A program made the translations under genes and the position numbers. Positions 46,574-55,685 of a DNA stretch of 64,000 bases are shown here, in pieces; position 1 is the first letter of the stretch; each line of letters opens with the position of its first letter. The notes under the pieces were generated by a model that did no database searches, had not been told where the DNA came from, and saw nothing but the letters and a program-made list of their open reading frames with translations. Origin of the DNA: Rhizobiaceae bacterium (GTDB taxonomy: Bacteria > Pseudomonadota > Alphaproteobacteria > Rhizobiales > Rhizobiaceae). The DNA lies in the NCBI GenBank assembly GCA_014238155.1, contig JABABQ010000033.1, positions 55,538-119,537 of the forward strand, read 5' to 3'.

Positions 46574-47947
46574 ATGAACAATCAACCACGGTTTGGTCGT
46601 CATCGGCGGAAAATTGAGCCATTTGTTCTGCCAGAACATCCCGGCCCCAATGCCGGTTACGACGCGTTGGAAGCCTATGCGCGGGCCAAGGCGGCATCGA
46701 TGAATCAACATCTCATCGGATACGGAGAACTGGCTGAAAACGAATGGAAAAAGGCGGGTATTGTCGACCCCGACCTCGATACGATGCGGCGTTATCGGCT
46801 GCAACGCATCCGCCAGCAATTGCGTCAGCGCGACCTGGCCGGCATTCATCTGTATGACCCTCTCAATATCCGATACGCCACCGACAGCACCAATATGCAA
46901 TTGTGGACCACCCACAATCCTGCGCGCTGCGCTTTCATCGCCACGGATGGTCCGGTCATTCTTTTTGAATTTCACAATTGTGAACACCTTTCCGATCACA
47001 CGGGCGTTGTTGACGAGATTCGCGGCTGCACCGCCTGGTTCTATTTTGAAGCCGGGCACCGGTGCTTTGAATTTGCCGAAAACTGGGCCAACGATATTGC
47101 TGCCCTGTTGCGCGAACATGGGGGTGGCAACATGCGCTGTGCATTTGATCAGATTGACAGCCACGGCATCGCACCGCTGGAAAAAGCCGGTGTGGAGATC
47201 ATCTATGGTGAGGAATTGATGGAGGAAGCCCGCAAGGTCAAGTCGCCGGATGAGATCCTGTGCATGCGGCGGGCAATTGTCTCCTGCGAGGCGGCGATGG
47301 CTGAAATGGAAAATGCACTTACTCCGGGGATGACTGAAAACGACCTTTGGGCCGTCCTTCATGCCGAAAATATCCGTCGCGGGGGCGAATGGATCGAAAC
47401 CCGGCTTTTGGCATCAGGTCCACGCACCAATCCATGGTTTCAGGAATCCTCCTCTCGGGTGATTGAAGATGGTGACATGGTGTCGTTCGATACCGATCTG
47501 GTTGGCCCCTATGGATTTTGCTGTGACATTTCACGTTCGTGGCTGGCCGGCGATGGTCAGCCAACAAATGAGCAACGCTGGCTGTATCAAACCTCTGCAG
47601 AGCAAATGGAAGCAAACTTCAATATGCTCCGGCCAGGCGTCACGTTTAAGGAACTGGCGACCCAATCGAAAGAATTGCCCGAAGACTGTATGCCGACCCG
47701 CTATGGTGTTCTCTATCACGGCGTCGGGCTTTGCGATGAATATCCCTCTATCCGTTATTCGGTGGACCACCCAGATCACGGATATGATGGGGCGCTGGAA
47801 CCGGGAATGTGCATCTGCGTCGAAAGCTATGTCGGCCGCCACGGCGGTGGTGAGGGGGTGAAGCTGGAAGATCAGTGCCTGATCACCGAAACCGGTTATC
47901 AGCAACTTTCCACTTATCCGCTCGATAAACGATTGATGGGCGGCTGA
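46574..47947 (+). CDS. dddP: DMSP lyase DddP (M24 peptidase-fold family)
   Basis: DPLNIRYATDSTNMQLWTTHNP, RRGGEWIETRLLASGPRTNPWFQE, FDTDLVGPYGFCCDISRSW and KLEDQCLITETGY blocks match remembered DddP sequences closely. Confidence 0.8.
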   Translation: MNNQPRFGRHRRKIEPFVLPEHPGPNAGYDALEAYARAKAASMNQHLIGYGELAENEWKKAGIVDPDLDTMRRYRLQRIRQQLRQRDLAGIHLYDPLNIRYATDSTNMQLWTTHNPARCAFIATDGPVILFEFHNCEHLSDHTGVVDEIRGCTAWFYFEAGHRCFEFAENWANDIAALLREHGGGNMRCAFDQIDSHGIAPLEKAGVEIIYGEELMEEARKVKSPDEILCMRRAIVSCEAAMAEMENALTPGMTENDLWAVLHAENIRRGGEWIETRLLASGPRTNPWFQESSSRVIEDGDMVSFDTDLVGPYGFCCDISRSWLAGDGQPTNEQRWLYQTSAEQMEANFNMLRPGVTFKELATQSKELPEDCMPTRYGVLYHGVGLCDEYPSIRYSVDHPDHGYDGALEPGMCICVESYVGRHGGGEGVKLEDQCLITETGYQQLSTYPLDKRLMGG

Positions 47948-48156
47948 TCTTTCGTCGGCCAGAAAAACCGCACAAGTAAAATTGGTTTGTTGATGGAGGG
48001 GGACGAAATCGCCGCGCGGTTATCCTCCCGCCCGCGCGGCGTCGTCGATAGAGCGTTAACTCCAGACGACCGGACGGCTCCCTCGAGCTACCGGAATGGA
48101 GGGGAAATTTGCACGGAATCCAATTCGTTGCAATGCCCCAATGCCCCTGAATTAGA

Positions 48157-48909
48157 CTAAAGTAATATAATCGATTTATACGCCTCTGTTTCCAGATGTG
48201 ACACGCCACTCAGTCGCAAAATCGCATTTTGGGGAGACGTCATTATTTCCGAAATCGCGTTGGCCAGGACTGCCTTCAACCTTTGCAGCTTGTCGGCTGA
48301 CCAGTACCGGTTGGTGATATATGGCAGTCCGGGCAGAGGCGGAGTCCATTGCAACACCTTCAGTTGAGCAGCCTGCTCGGGTTGATATGTTTGAAACAAA
48401 TGCCAGCACATTGCATCAATGGCAGCAATATCTGCCCGCCCATCGGCGACCATGGTTGCCGAAAACCGATGACCGCCACTTTTGACCAGATTGTCAAACC
48501 ATTCTTCCGGGCGGCCGACCAGCGGCGTCATGCACCGATAACCGGAAAGCGAATTGTTGCTGTTGAAGGCAAACCGGTCCCGACGACACTCCTGCAGGCT
48601 GGTCACAGGAGAATCGCGTTGAACGATAATCGCACTGCAGTAATTCGGTCCCTGCCAGCCATCAATATCAAAATGCGGTGTGCCGAGCAGTTCCACCTGC
48701 CCTTCCAGACGGGTGATATACGGATAGCCACATGTCTGGCTGAAAAACAAACTGGCTTCCAGCCACCCCTGGCTCTCGTCTTCAAATCGCGAAAGAACTT
48801 CAGGTGGTTGAAATCCGGCTTGTAAAAAATGTTTGTGTAAAATCTGCCAAAGCGCATCCGAATCGGTGCGCAGTTCCGGCCAATCATACATAGGCAGTGA
48901 AGCAATCAC
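48157..48909 (-). CDS. PhnD/SsuA-type periplasmic-binding-protein-fold protein without a signal peptide
   Basis: N-terminus IASLPMYDWPELR and overall size recall the cytoplasmic Phosphonate-bd-like family. 4-nt overlap with the upstream desaturase-family gene. Confidence 0.5.
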   Translation of the reverse strand: MIASLPMYDWPELRTDSDALWQILHKHFLQAGFQPPEVLSRFEDESQGWLEASLFFSQTCGYPYITRLEGQVELLGTPHFDIDGWQGPNYCSAIIVQRDSPVTSLQECRRDRFAFNSNNSLSGYRCMTPLVGRPEEWFDNLVKSGGHRFSATMVADGRADIAAIDAMCWHLFQTYQPEQAAQLKVLQWTPPLPGLPYITNRYWSADKLQRLKAVLANAISEIMTSPQNAILRLSGVSHLETEAYKSIILL

Positions 48910-49826
48910 TCCGAATGTACTTCGTCGCGATACATGAGCGGATGGTCGACCGATTGTTTGGTTCGAAATGCAAACCGCCGCAGAATTTCGCCGTAGCCGT
49001 GGAACAAAGTATGCTCGTTGGCCGCCAGAAACAATTCACTCCGTTCCTGGTACAGAGCCGGCAAATCATACCAGGCGACACCAGGGTTTGCGTGATGAAC
49101 AATATGAAGATTGTTGTTTAGGAAAAGCAGGGCAAATATCGGATGGGCTTCAACGATGGCCGAACGAGCACCAACATTTTCAGCCGCCTGATGCTCGGCA
49201 TAGGAACGCAATGACGTCAGCGACAGGGCGGGATAGGCAACGAAAAGCGCATAGATCCACAGCGGCATAGCAAACAGATTTACAATGATAATCCCAAGTA
49301 CTGCCATGCCTGCCAAATGTAACAACCAGGCCATCCGGACACCGGTTTCGCCAGCAATCAGGCGTCCGACTTCCGTTCGGGTAAAACCATACATCGTCAG
49401 CAATGGCCCGATCACCAGTCGCCCCGCCAACGTATTGTTGATGATAAACAGCCCCCGCATGATCGGCCGCATGGCGGTATATTGACACAACGGCCAAAAA
49501 TAACTTTCCGGATCTTCATAAGGATCGGTCAGGTTAAGGTCGTTGTGATGTTTCAAATGCAAATCGCGGTAGCGCCGATAAGGAAAAATCCCACCAATCG
49601 GCAAGCTGACCAGCACCTCATTGAGCCATCTTGAATTGGTCGGATGGTCGTGGATCACTTCATGCTGCAGCGATGTGTGAAAGGCGGCGAGATAGGGCAT
49701 AATCAGCAGACCTGCAAACCACCACGATGTCTGCCACAACAAACCTCCGGCAATCCACAATCCATAACAGGATGCCATCAGCCCCAACGTTGCCCATTCC
49801 CATTTTTTAGTCATCCCAGCAGTCAT
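48906..49826 (-). CDS. fatty-acid-desaturase-family membrane di-iron protein. Start uncertain; the ORF is open to 49904.
   Basis: His boxes HEVIHDH, HLKHHN, HIVHH; several TM segments. Confidence 0.7.
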   Translation of the reverse strand: MTAGMTKKWEWATLGLMASCYGLWIAGGLLWQTSWWFAGLLIMPYLAAFHTSLQHEVIHDHPTNSRWLNEVLVSLPIGGIFPYRRYRDLHLKHHNDLNLTDPYEDPESYFWPLCQYTAMRPIMRGLFIINNTLAGRLVIGPLLTMYGFTRTEVGRLIAGETGVRMAWLLHLAGMAVLGIIIVNLFAMPLWIYALFVAYPALSLTSLRSYAEHQAAENVGARSAIVEAHPIFALLFLNNNLHIVHHANPGVAWYDLPALYQERSELFLAANEHTLFHGYGEILRRFAFRTKQSVDHPLMYRDEVHSE

Positions 49827-49927
49827 CTCAATCTCACATTCGTGTGATCGCACACTCCGCCTAAAACCTGCGCTGCGCAAGAATTTTTTTGCATACCTAT
49901 GCAATTGTTGCCGCGCTGAGTTAAATC

Positions 49928-49947
49928 ATATAAAGTAATCTTTATAT
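49928..49947. promoter_or_regulatory. 20-bp perfect palindrome ATATAAAG-TAAT-CTTTATAT, 24 bp upstream of the BHMT-like start; candidate operator
   Basis: Read directly. The core ATAAAG-N4-CTTTAT recurs at 57587-57602. Confidence 0.5.
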
Positions 49948-49970
49948 CTATTATCTGGAGCCTGATCGAC

Positions 49971-51005
49971 ATGGCTGGAAAACTAAAATCCTTGATCGAG
50001 GAAAAAGGCGTACTGCTTGCAGACGGCGCAACGGGCACGAATTTCTTCAATATGGGTCTGCTGTCTGGTGATGCGCCGGAATTGTGGAATGAAGATGCAC
50101 CAGAAAAGGTCAAGGCATTGCATCAGAGCTTTGTCGATTCAGGCTCCGACATTATTTTGACCAACACATTTGGTGGCAACCGGCATCGTCTGAAATTGCA
50201 CAACGCCCAGGACCGCTCGCGGGAACTGAACGAAAAGGCTGCCAGACTTGCCCGCGAGGTCGCCGATTCTTCGTCCAAGACTATTCTGGTTGCCGGTTCC
50301 GTCGGGCCAACCGGTGAATTATTCGTGCCGCTCGGCGAGTTAACCCACGACGCCGCCGTTGCTTCCTTCACCGAACAGATGGAAGGTCTAAAGCAAGGCG
50401 GCGCTGACGTGCTGTGGATTGAAACCATGTCGGCGCGCGAGGAAATCGCCGCAGCTGCGGAGGCTGCCAATGCCGTCGGGCTGGAATATATATTCACCGC
50501 CAGTTTTGATACGGCCGGTCGCACAATGATGGGCATCGCCCCTTCGGAACTTGGTGTATTGGCCAACCAACTGCCCACTCCCCCTACCGCCATCGGCGCT
50601 AATTGCGGGGTTGGTGCAACAGATTTACTGTTTTCCGTACTCGACATGACCGAGGCCGGTCCGACAGCAGAAGGTGGCACGATTGCCGTAATAGCCAAGG
50701 CCAATTGCGGCGTTCCGAGGGTCAGTGGCGATCAGGTCCTGTATACCGGCACGCCTGAATTAATGGCCAAATATGCCCAGCTGGCAATCGACTCCGGCGC
50801 CAGGATAATAGGCGGTTGTTGCGGAACGTCTTCTGAACATTTGGTTGCCATGCGGCAGGCCATCGATGCACATATCAAGGGCCAGCGCCCGACGCTGGAA
50901 GAAGTCGTCGCAGCCACCGGTGAACTGGTCAATCAGATTGCGGCGGCCAGGTCCGAAGATGAAGCAGCTGGCCGCAGCGGACGCCGCAGGGGCAGACGGC
51001 GATAG
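49971..51005 (+). CDS. homocysteine S-methyltransferase-domain protein (betaine-homocysteine methyltransferase-like) with an Arg-rich C-terminal tail
   Basis: LLADGATGTN and ILTNTFGGN motifs, C-terminal zinc-site Cys pair (GGCCGT); the tail reads GRSGRRRGRRR. Confidence 0.8.
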   Translation: MAGKLKSLIEEKGVLLADGATGTNFFNMGLLSGDAPELWNEDAPEKVKALHQSFVDSGSDIILTNTFGGNRHRLKLHNAQDRSRELNEKAARLAREVADSSSKTILVAGSVGPTGELFVPLGELTHDAAVASFTEQMEGLKQGGADVLWIETMSAREEIAAAAEAANAVGLEYIFTASFDTAGRTMMGIAPSELGVLANQLPTPPTAIGANCGVGATDLLFSVLDMTEAGPTAEGGTIAVIAKANCGVPRVSGDQVLYTGTPELMAKYAQLAIDSGARIIGGCCGTSSEHLVAMRQAIDAHIKGQRPTLEEVVAATGELVNQIAAARSEDEAAGRSGRRRGRRR

Positions 51006-51038
51006 AGGTCGTGTCCCATTAGTGGATCCCGCCAATCG

Positions 51039-51698
51039 TCATATATATGCCTTCATGTGAAAAGCCTGATGCGGTTTTTGATACTGATGTGCGCTTCCCA
51101 CCGGACAGGCCAGTCGTGCCAGACAGCCGCCTTCCCGGCAGGCCGTGCCCTTTTGCCCTGCAACATGAGATTTGCAGGCCAGATAGTCGTACCCGTCGAC
51201 AGTAAATGCCGATATCGGACAGGTATTCAAACAGGGCTTGTCTGAGCAATTGTCGCATGGGTGATCGAATTTTCGAGTTTTCGGCAGCTCAAAATTGTCA
51301 GCAAAAACCATCGCCGCCCGAAACGCTGTCCACAATCCATATTCAGGGTGAATCAACAGGCCAATTGGCGACTGATCGATCCCCATGGCTGCCCGCCCAT
51401 AGTCCTGAAACGGCCAGTTGGGTTCGCCAAACGGATATCTGACCTGTACCACCAGCCCGGCAGGCAATTTCTCAGCCAGTGCTGAAATAACGCCCACGGT
51501 CCATCGGTTCATCGGGTCAGCCTTACCGTCGGCAAGCGGGGACGCCCCCGAAAATACTTGCCACTGACTGCTGCCGATATTGCCAATCAACAAAGCAGGC
51601 TGGTCATCAATTTCAAACCATCCAAGCGGTAAAAGACCACTGGGCGACAGAATTTCACGAATATCACTTTCGAGTTTTAAAGCAGTATTATCTGTCAT
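51039..51698 (-). CDS. Fe-S (ferredoxin-type Cys cluster) protein of unknown function. Start uncertain; the ORF is open to 51767.
   Basis: C-terminal CDNCSDKPCLNTCP and CKSH...CREGGCLARLACP motifs. Confidence 0.45.
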   Translation of the reverse strand: MTDNTALKLESDIREILSPSGLLPLGWFEIDDQPALLIGNIGSSQWQVFSGASPLADGKADPMNRWTVGVISALAEKLPAGLVVQVRYPFGEPNWPFQDYGRAAMGIDQSPIGLLIHPEYGLWTAFRAAMVFADNFELPKTRKFDHPCDNCSDKPCLNTCPISAFTVDGYDYLACKSHVAGQKGTACREGGCLARLACPVGSAHQYQKPHQAFHMKAYI

Positions 51699-51819
51699 CA
51701 GATCGCCCCGCTGACGCTCATCCCTTGATAGCCGAACGCCAGACTTCCTGCTGAATGAAGTCGGCAATGAACTCCCGACTTCTCACTTCCCGACAATTTG
51801 GCGCCCTGACCTCGCGTGT

Positions 51820-53367
51820 TCAGGTGAAGGCATCGGGCATAGAGTCCTTTTTATTGGCAACATAGGCGTCCAGCGCCTCCCGTCTGGCAGGGTCGAGTTC
51901 CGGTGCAACGTGGTCGTTGATCCACCTGCGGGCAACGTCATTGGCCCGCTGCGGCGCTGTTTTTGCGCCTTCAACTTCCCACTGCTCAAAGGAATTATTA
52001 TCAGCAATTGTCGAGCGGAAAAAGGCGGTCTTGAAGTTCGCCTGAGTGTGATCACAGCCCAGATAATGGCTGCCCGGTCCGACCTGGCGAATGGCATCCA
52101 TCGCCTGACCATGATCGCTGACATCAACTCCGGCCGCCATTTTCTGCTGAGCCGCAAGCTGGTCGCAGTCCATGACGAATTTCTCGTAAGAACTGACCAG
52201 ACCACCTTCCAGCCAGCCAGCTGAATGCAATGCGAAATTAACACCGCCCAACAGGGTTGGGTTAAGCGTATTGGCGCTTTCATAGGCGGCTTGCGCATCG
52301 GGCATTTTTGACCCGGTCAGCGATCCGCCGGAACGGAAAGGCAGGCCGAACTTGCGGGCAAACTGGGCGGCGCCATAAAGCACCTGTGCCGGTTCCGGCG
52401 TCCCGAAGGCCGGCGCCCCGGATTGCATTGAAATGGACGTTGCAAATGTCCCCATGATCACCGGCGCGCCGGGTCGGCACAATTGCGAAAATGCGATCGC
52501 CGCCTGCGCCTCGGCGAGAACCTGGGTCAGAGTGCCGGCAACGGTCACCGGCGACATCGCTCCACCAACGATAAACGGTGAGATAATTGTCGCCTGCCCG
52601 GCCCGCGCATAGACTTTCAGCGCCCCAAGCATGGTGTCATCCATTACCATTGGCGAGTTGATGTTGATCAGCGAGGTGACGACGCAATTGTTATCAACGA
52701 ATTCTTCGCCAAACAGAATTTTCGACATTTCAACCGTATCGGCCGCCCTTTCCGGCGCGGTCACAGACCCCATATAGGGCTTGTCCGACAGGGTCATATG
52801 GGCGTGAACCATGTCCAGATGGCGCTTGTTGACGACAATGTCGACAGGCTCGCAAACGGTTCCGCCGCTGTGATGCATCGCCGGGGCCATATAGGCCATT
52901 TTCACGAAATTGCGGAAATCTTCCATCGTCGCATAGCGACGCTCACCCTCCAGATCAAGAACGAATGGAGGACCATATACCGGCGCAAATACGGTGTTGT
53001 TGCCACCGATCACTACATTGCGCTCAGGATTGCGGGCATGCTGGGTAAATTCACCCGGTGCTGTCTTCATCAGGTCACGGCACAGGCCTTTTGGAAAATG
53101 AACCCGCTCACCCTGCACATCAGCACCGGCATCTTTCAACATTGCCAGTGCTTCCGCATCATCGCGGAATTCAATTCCAATCTCTTCCAGCACCGTATCG
53201 GCATTGGTTTCAATAATTTCCATCGCTTCGTCGTGGAGAATATCGAACGTTGAGATTTTCCGGCGAATATAGGGCAAGTGCTCGGTAACACCGCTGGTGC
53301 GTTCTGCCCGACGGGCTGCTGCACCACCACCACCGCGTCCGCGTCTTGGAGCTCTGGCTTCACTCAT
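51820..53367 (-). CDS. MttB-superfamily (non-pyrrolysine) quaternary-amine:corrinoid methyltransferase with an Arg/Gly-rich N-terminus
   Basis: 515 aa with MttB-family blocks (VLEEIGIEF, INSPMVMDD, AGWLEGGL, FVMDCDQL) and an uninterrupted frame. The N-terminus reads MSEARAPRRGRGGGGAAARRAE. Confidence 0.85.
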   Translation of the reverse strand: MSEARAPRRGRGGGGAAARRAERTSGVTEHLPYIRRKISTFDILHDEAMEIIETNADTVLEEIGIEFRDDAEALAMLKDAGADVQGERVHFPKGLCRDLMKTAPGEFTQHARNPERNVVIGGNNTVFAPVYGPPFVLDLEGERRYATMEDFRNFVKMAYMAPAMHHSGGTVCEPVDIVVNKRHLDMVHAHMTLSDKPYMGSVTAPERAADTVEMSKILFGEEFVDNNCVVTSLININSPMVMDDTMLGALKVYARAGQATIISPFIVGGAMSPVTVAGTLTQVLAEAQAAIAFSQLCRPGAPVIMGTFATSISMQSGAPAFGTPEPAQVLYGAAQFARKFGLPFRSGGSLTGSKMPDAQAAYESANTLNPTLLGGVNFALHSAGWLEGGLVSSYEKFVMDCDQLAAQQKMAAGVDVSDHGQAMDAIRQVGPGSHYLGCDHTQANFKTAFFRSTIADNNSFEQWEVEGAKTAPQRANDVARRWINDHVAPELDPARREALDAYVANKKDSMPDAFT

Positions 53368-53683
53368 GATCTGTCATCCTGGTCAGTGACCACTTAGCAT
53401 GACGCATTTTGAACAATTGCACCATGTTATAATTGAATATCTGGCCCACTATTCCCCCATGCGCGGGGCCGACAACTTTCCCCAAGCGGCACCGATTGAC
53501 GCAATCAAGACGGTGGTCGCAAAGAAGACGCTGTTTTTGGAAAAAATTGCCTTTGGCACAGTAAAGCGAGATGTTATGAACCCAACAGGTCGCAATCGTG
53601 TCTGGCTAAGTCGCTATAGGAAGCGTCGATCATAACTAGCAAGACATAATTACCAACTGAATGGGACGTATCGCACAAGGTTT

Positions 53684-54391
53684 ATGCACATGTCTGACGA
53701 AGAAGAAATCATCCTCTCCGAATTGACAACCGAAGAACTCGTTCTGCAAATGCACGACGATCTGTACGACGGTTTGAGAGAGGAAATCGAAGAAGGCACC
53801 AATATCCTGTTGGGTCGGGATTGGGCACCCTACAAAGTGCTGACGGAAGCACTTGTTGAAGGCATGCGCATTGTCGGCGAAGATTTTCGCGACGGTATCC
53901 TGTTTGTGCCCGAAGTTCTGTTGTCGGCAAATGCGATGAAGGGCGGCATGGCTATATTGCGTCCGCTGCTCGCAGCAACCGGTGCGCCGAAACAAGGCAA
54001 AATGATCATCGGCACCGTAAAAGGTGACATTCATGACATCGGCAAAAACCTGGTTGGCATGATGATGGAGGGCGCCGGATTCGACGTCATCGATCTGGGG
54101 ATCAACAACCCGGTGGAGAATTATCTCGACGCCATCGACGAACATGAGCCCGATATTGTTGGCATGTCTGCCCTGCTGACGACGACCATGCCTTACATGA
54201 AAGTTGTGATCGACACGATGAAGGAAAAGGGTATTCGTGATGATTATACCGTGCTGGTGGGTGGTGCGCCGCTGAATGATGAATTTGGCGAAGCCATTGG
54301 TGCCGATGCCTATTGTCGCGATGCAGCGGTGGCTGTGGAAACTGCCAAAGACTACATGACGCGCAAACATAATCAGCGGGCAAGCGCCTGA
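53684..54391 (+). CDS. corrinoid (B12-binding) methyl-carrier protein
   Basis: DxHxxG motif (GDIHDIGKN), SALLTTT, and GGAP in a Rossmann-type B12-binding domain preceded by a helical cap domain. Confidence 0.9.
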   Translation: MHMSDEEEIILSELTTEELVLQMHDDLYDGLREEIEEGTNILLGRDWAPYKVLTEALVEGMRIVGEDFRDGILFVPEVLLSANAMKGGMAILRPLLAATGAPKQGKMIIGTVKGDIHDIGKNLVGMMMEGAGFDVIDLGINNPVENYLDAIDEHEPDIVGMSALLTTTMPYMKVVIDTMKEKGIRDDYTVLVGGAPLNDEFGEAIGADAYCRDAAVAVETAKDYMTRKHNQRASA

Positions 54392-54475
54392 CGCTAAGCT
54401 GCCTGAACTGACCGCAAGATCAAGGCGTCTTCGGACGCCTTTTTTGCAGGCGCAATAAGATGTTAGGATGGTTGC

Positions 54476-55108
54476 ATGAATCAAACTGACAAGCCTGAAG
54501 AAACCCCCGAACCGGCACCTGTGCGGGTCATCGGCTGTGGTATGATTGCCCGCGAAATTCTTGCGGTAACAGAACAATTGGGCCTCACCAACATTGATCT
54601 GAAATGCCTGCCCGCCATGTGGCATCACTATCCCGACAAAATCGCCCCCGGTGTCGATGCAGCTATAAAAAGCGCCAAAGCCGAAGGGATTGAACAGATT
54701 TTCGTCGCTTATGCCGATTGTGGCACCGGTGGTCATTTGGACATGGTCTGCGACAAACACGGGGTCGAGCGCATTGCCGGGCCACATTGTTTTTCTTTCT
54801 ACATGGGCAATCAGGCCTTTGAAGATCAAAGCGACGACCTAATAACCAGCTTTTTCATGACCGATTTTCTGGCCCGCCATTTTGAGACATTTCTGGTTAA
54901 ACCGCTGGGCATGGACCGTCACCCCGAATTGCGCGAGATGTATTTCGGCAATTACACCCGCATGATTTACATTGCCCAGACGGAAGATGAACAATTGACA
55001 AAAAACGCCGTGCGGGCCGCCGAGTTCCTTGGTTTGGAATTTGAAAAACGTCTCACCGGATACGGCGATCTTTCCAACGCATTGGCAGACATTCCCCAGC
55101 CATCATGA
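54476..55108 (+). CDS. DUF1638-family protein (accessory to corrinoid methyltransferase systems)
   Basis: VIGCGMIAREI, LPAMWHHYPDKI, VAYADCGTGG and GPHCFSFYMG blocks typical of DUF1638 as remembered. Confidence 0.65.
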   Translation: MNQTDKPEETPEPAPVRVIGCGMIAREILAVTEQLGLTNIDLKCLPAMWHHYPDKIAPGVDAAIKSAKAEGIEQIFVAYADCGTGGHLDMVCDKHGVERIAGPHCFSFYMGNQAFEDQSDDLITSFFMTDFLARHFETFLVKPLGMDRHPELREMYFGNYTRMIYIAQTEDEQLTKNAVRAAEFLGLEFEKRLTGYGDLSNALADIPQPS

Positions 55109-55136
55109 TTTGCCAGAGGCAGACCTTGGCAGTATT

Positions 55137-55187
55137 GCAATATATTGCGTCGTTCCACGTGTCGCAAATGAGATATTCATATTGCGA
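55137..55187. promoter_or_regulatory. perfect 12-bp palindrome GCAATATATTGC plus a second inverted repeat (TCGCAA-N14-TTGCGA) sharing the ATTGC half-site; candidate operator
   Basis: Read directly in the 274-bp gap upstream of the virulence-factor-domain/MTHFR-like pair. Confidence 0.35.
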
Positions 55188-55382
55188 TTGTCCGATAATG
55201 TCACCGACATAGCGAGGATTATGATTGGCGACCACCGTGCGTCTGTGATAGGCGATAAGCAGAGCCAATTATTCGAAAATTCTCCTGCGAAGTCGTTTTT
55301 GAAGTTGTCCACCGTCGCCCCTACATAAGGATTGGGGCTGACAAAAGCGCATTTTGGCCACCGAAAACATGTGAGGCTTGAT

Positions 55383-55685
55383 ATGGCACAACTTCAAATC
55401 GTTTACTGGCGGGACATTCCGGCACAGATCATGGTCAAGGCCGGGCGTCGCAATCAGGCCAAACGTGAACTGACATTGCGCTTTACCGAAGCCATCGACA
55501 TGGCCGCCATGCGCACTGGTGCTGCCGAGACCGATGAGTATCTGGCTGAATGGCGTCGTGGTGATGCGGTGTCGGTCGGCGATGATCTGGAAGCGGAAGC
55601 CCAGCAGGCAATGGATGCCATTGAAAGTGAATATGACAAGGACAGATTGGTGGCCCTGGTCAAAAATGGAGGTCGCGAAGCATGA
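55383..55685 (+). CDS. small 'virulence factor'-domain (Pfam Virulence_fact-like) protein that accompanies MTHFR genes
   Basis: MAQLQIVYWRDIPAQI N-terminus. ATGA overlap with the MTHFR-like gene. The ORF track starts at 55332 with TTG. Confidence 0.55.
   Translation: MAQLQIVYWRDIPAQIMVKAGRRNQAKRELTLRFTEAIDMAAMRTGAAETDEYLAEWRRGDAVSVGDDLEAEAQQAMDAIESEYDKDRLVALVKNGGREA

Noticed and set aside
46517-47362. 281-aa minus-strand ORF
   Set aside because: It is antisense to dddP, which matches remembered DddP blocks closely.
35134-53367. In-frame amber (pyrrolysine) codon in the MttB genes
   Set aside because: Both MttB-family frames are uninterrupted, so these are non-Pyl members. No pyl genes were seen in the window.
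53399-53635. 78-aa ORF in the divergent mttB/corrinoid-protein region
   Set aside because: It has no SD and no motifs, and it lies where two promoters are expected.
53636-54829. 397-aa minus-strand ORF
   Set aside because: It is antisense to the corrinoid protein and the start of DUF1638, both of which have clear family motifs. It shows antisense-type composition and no motifs.
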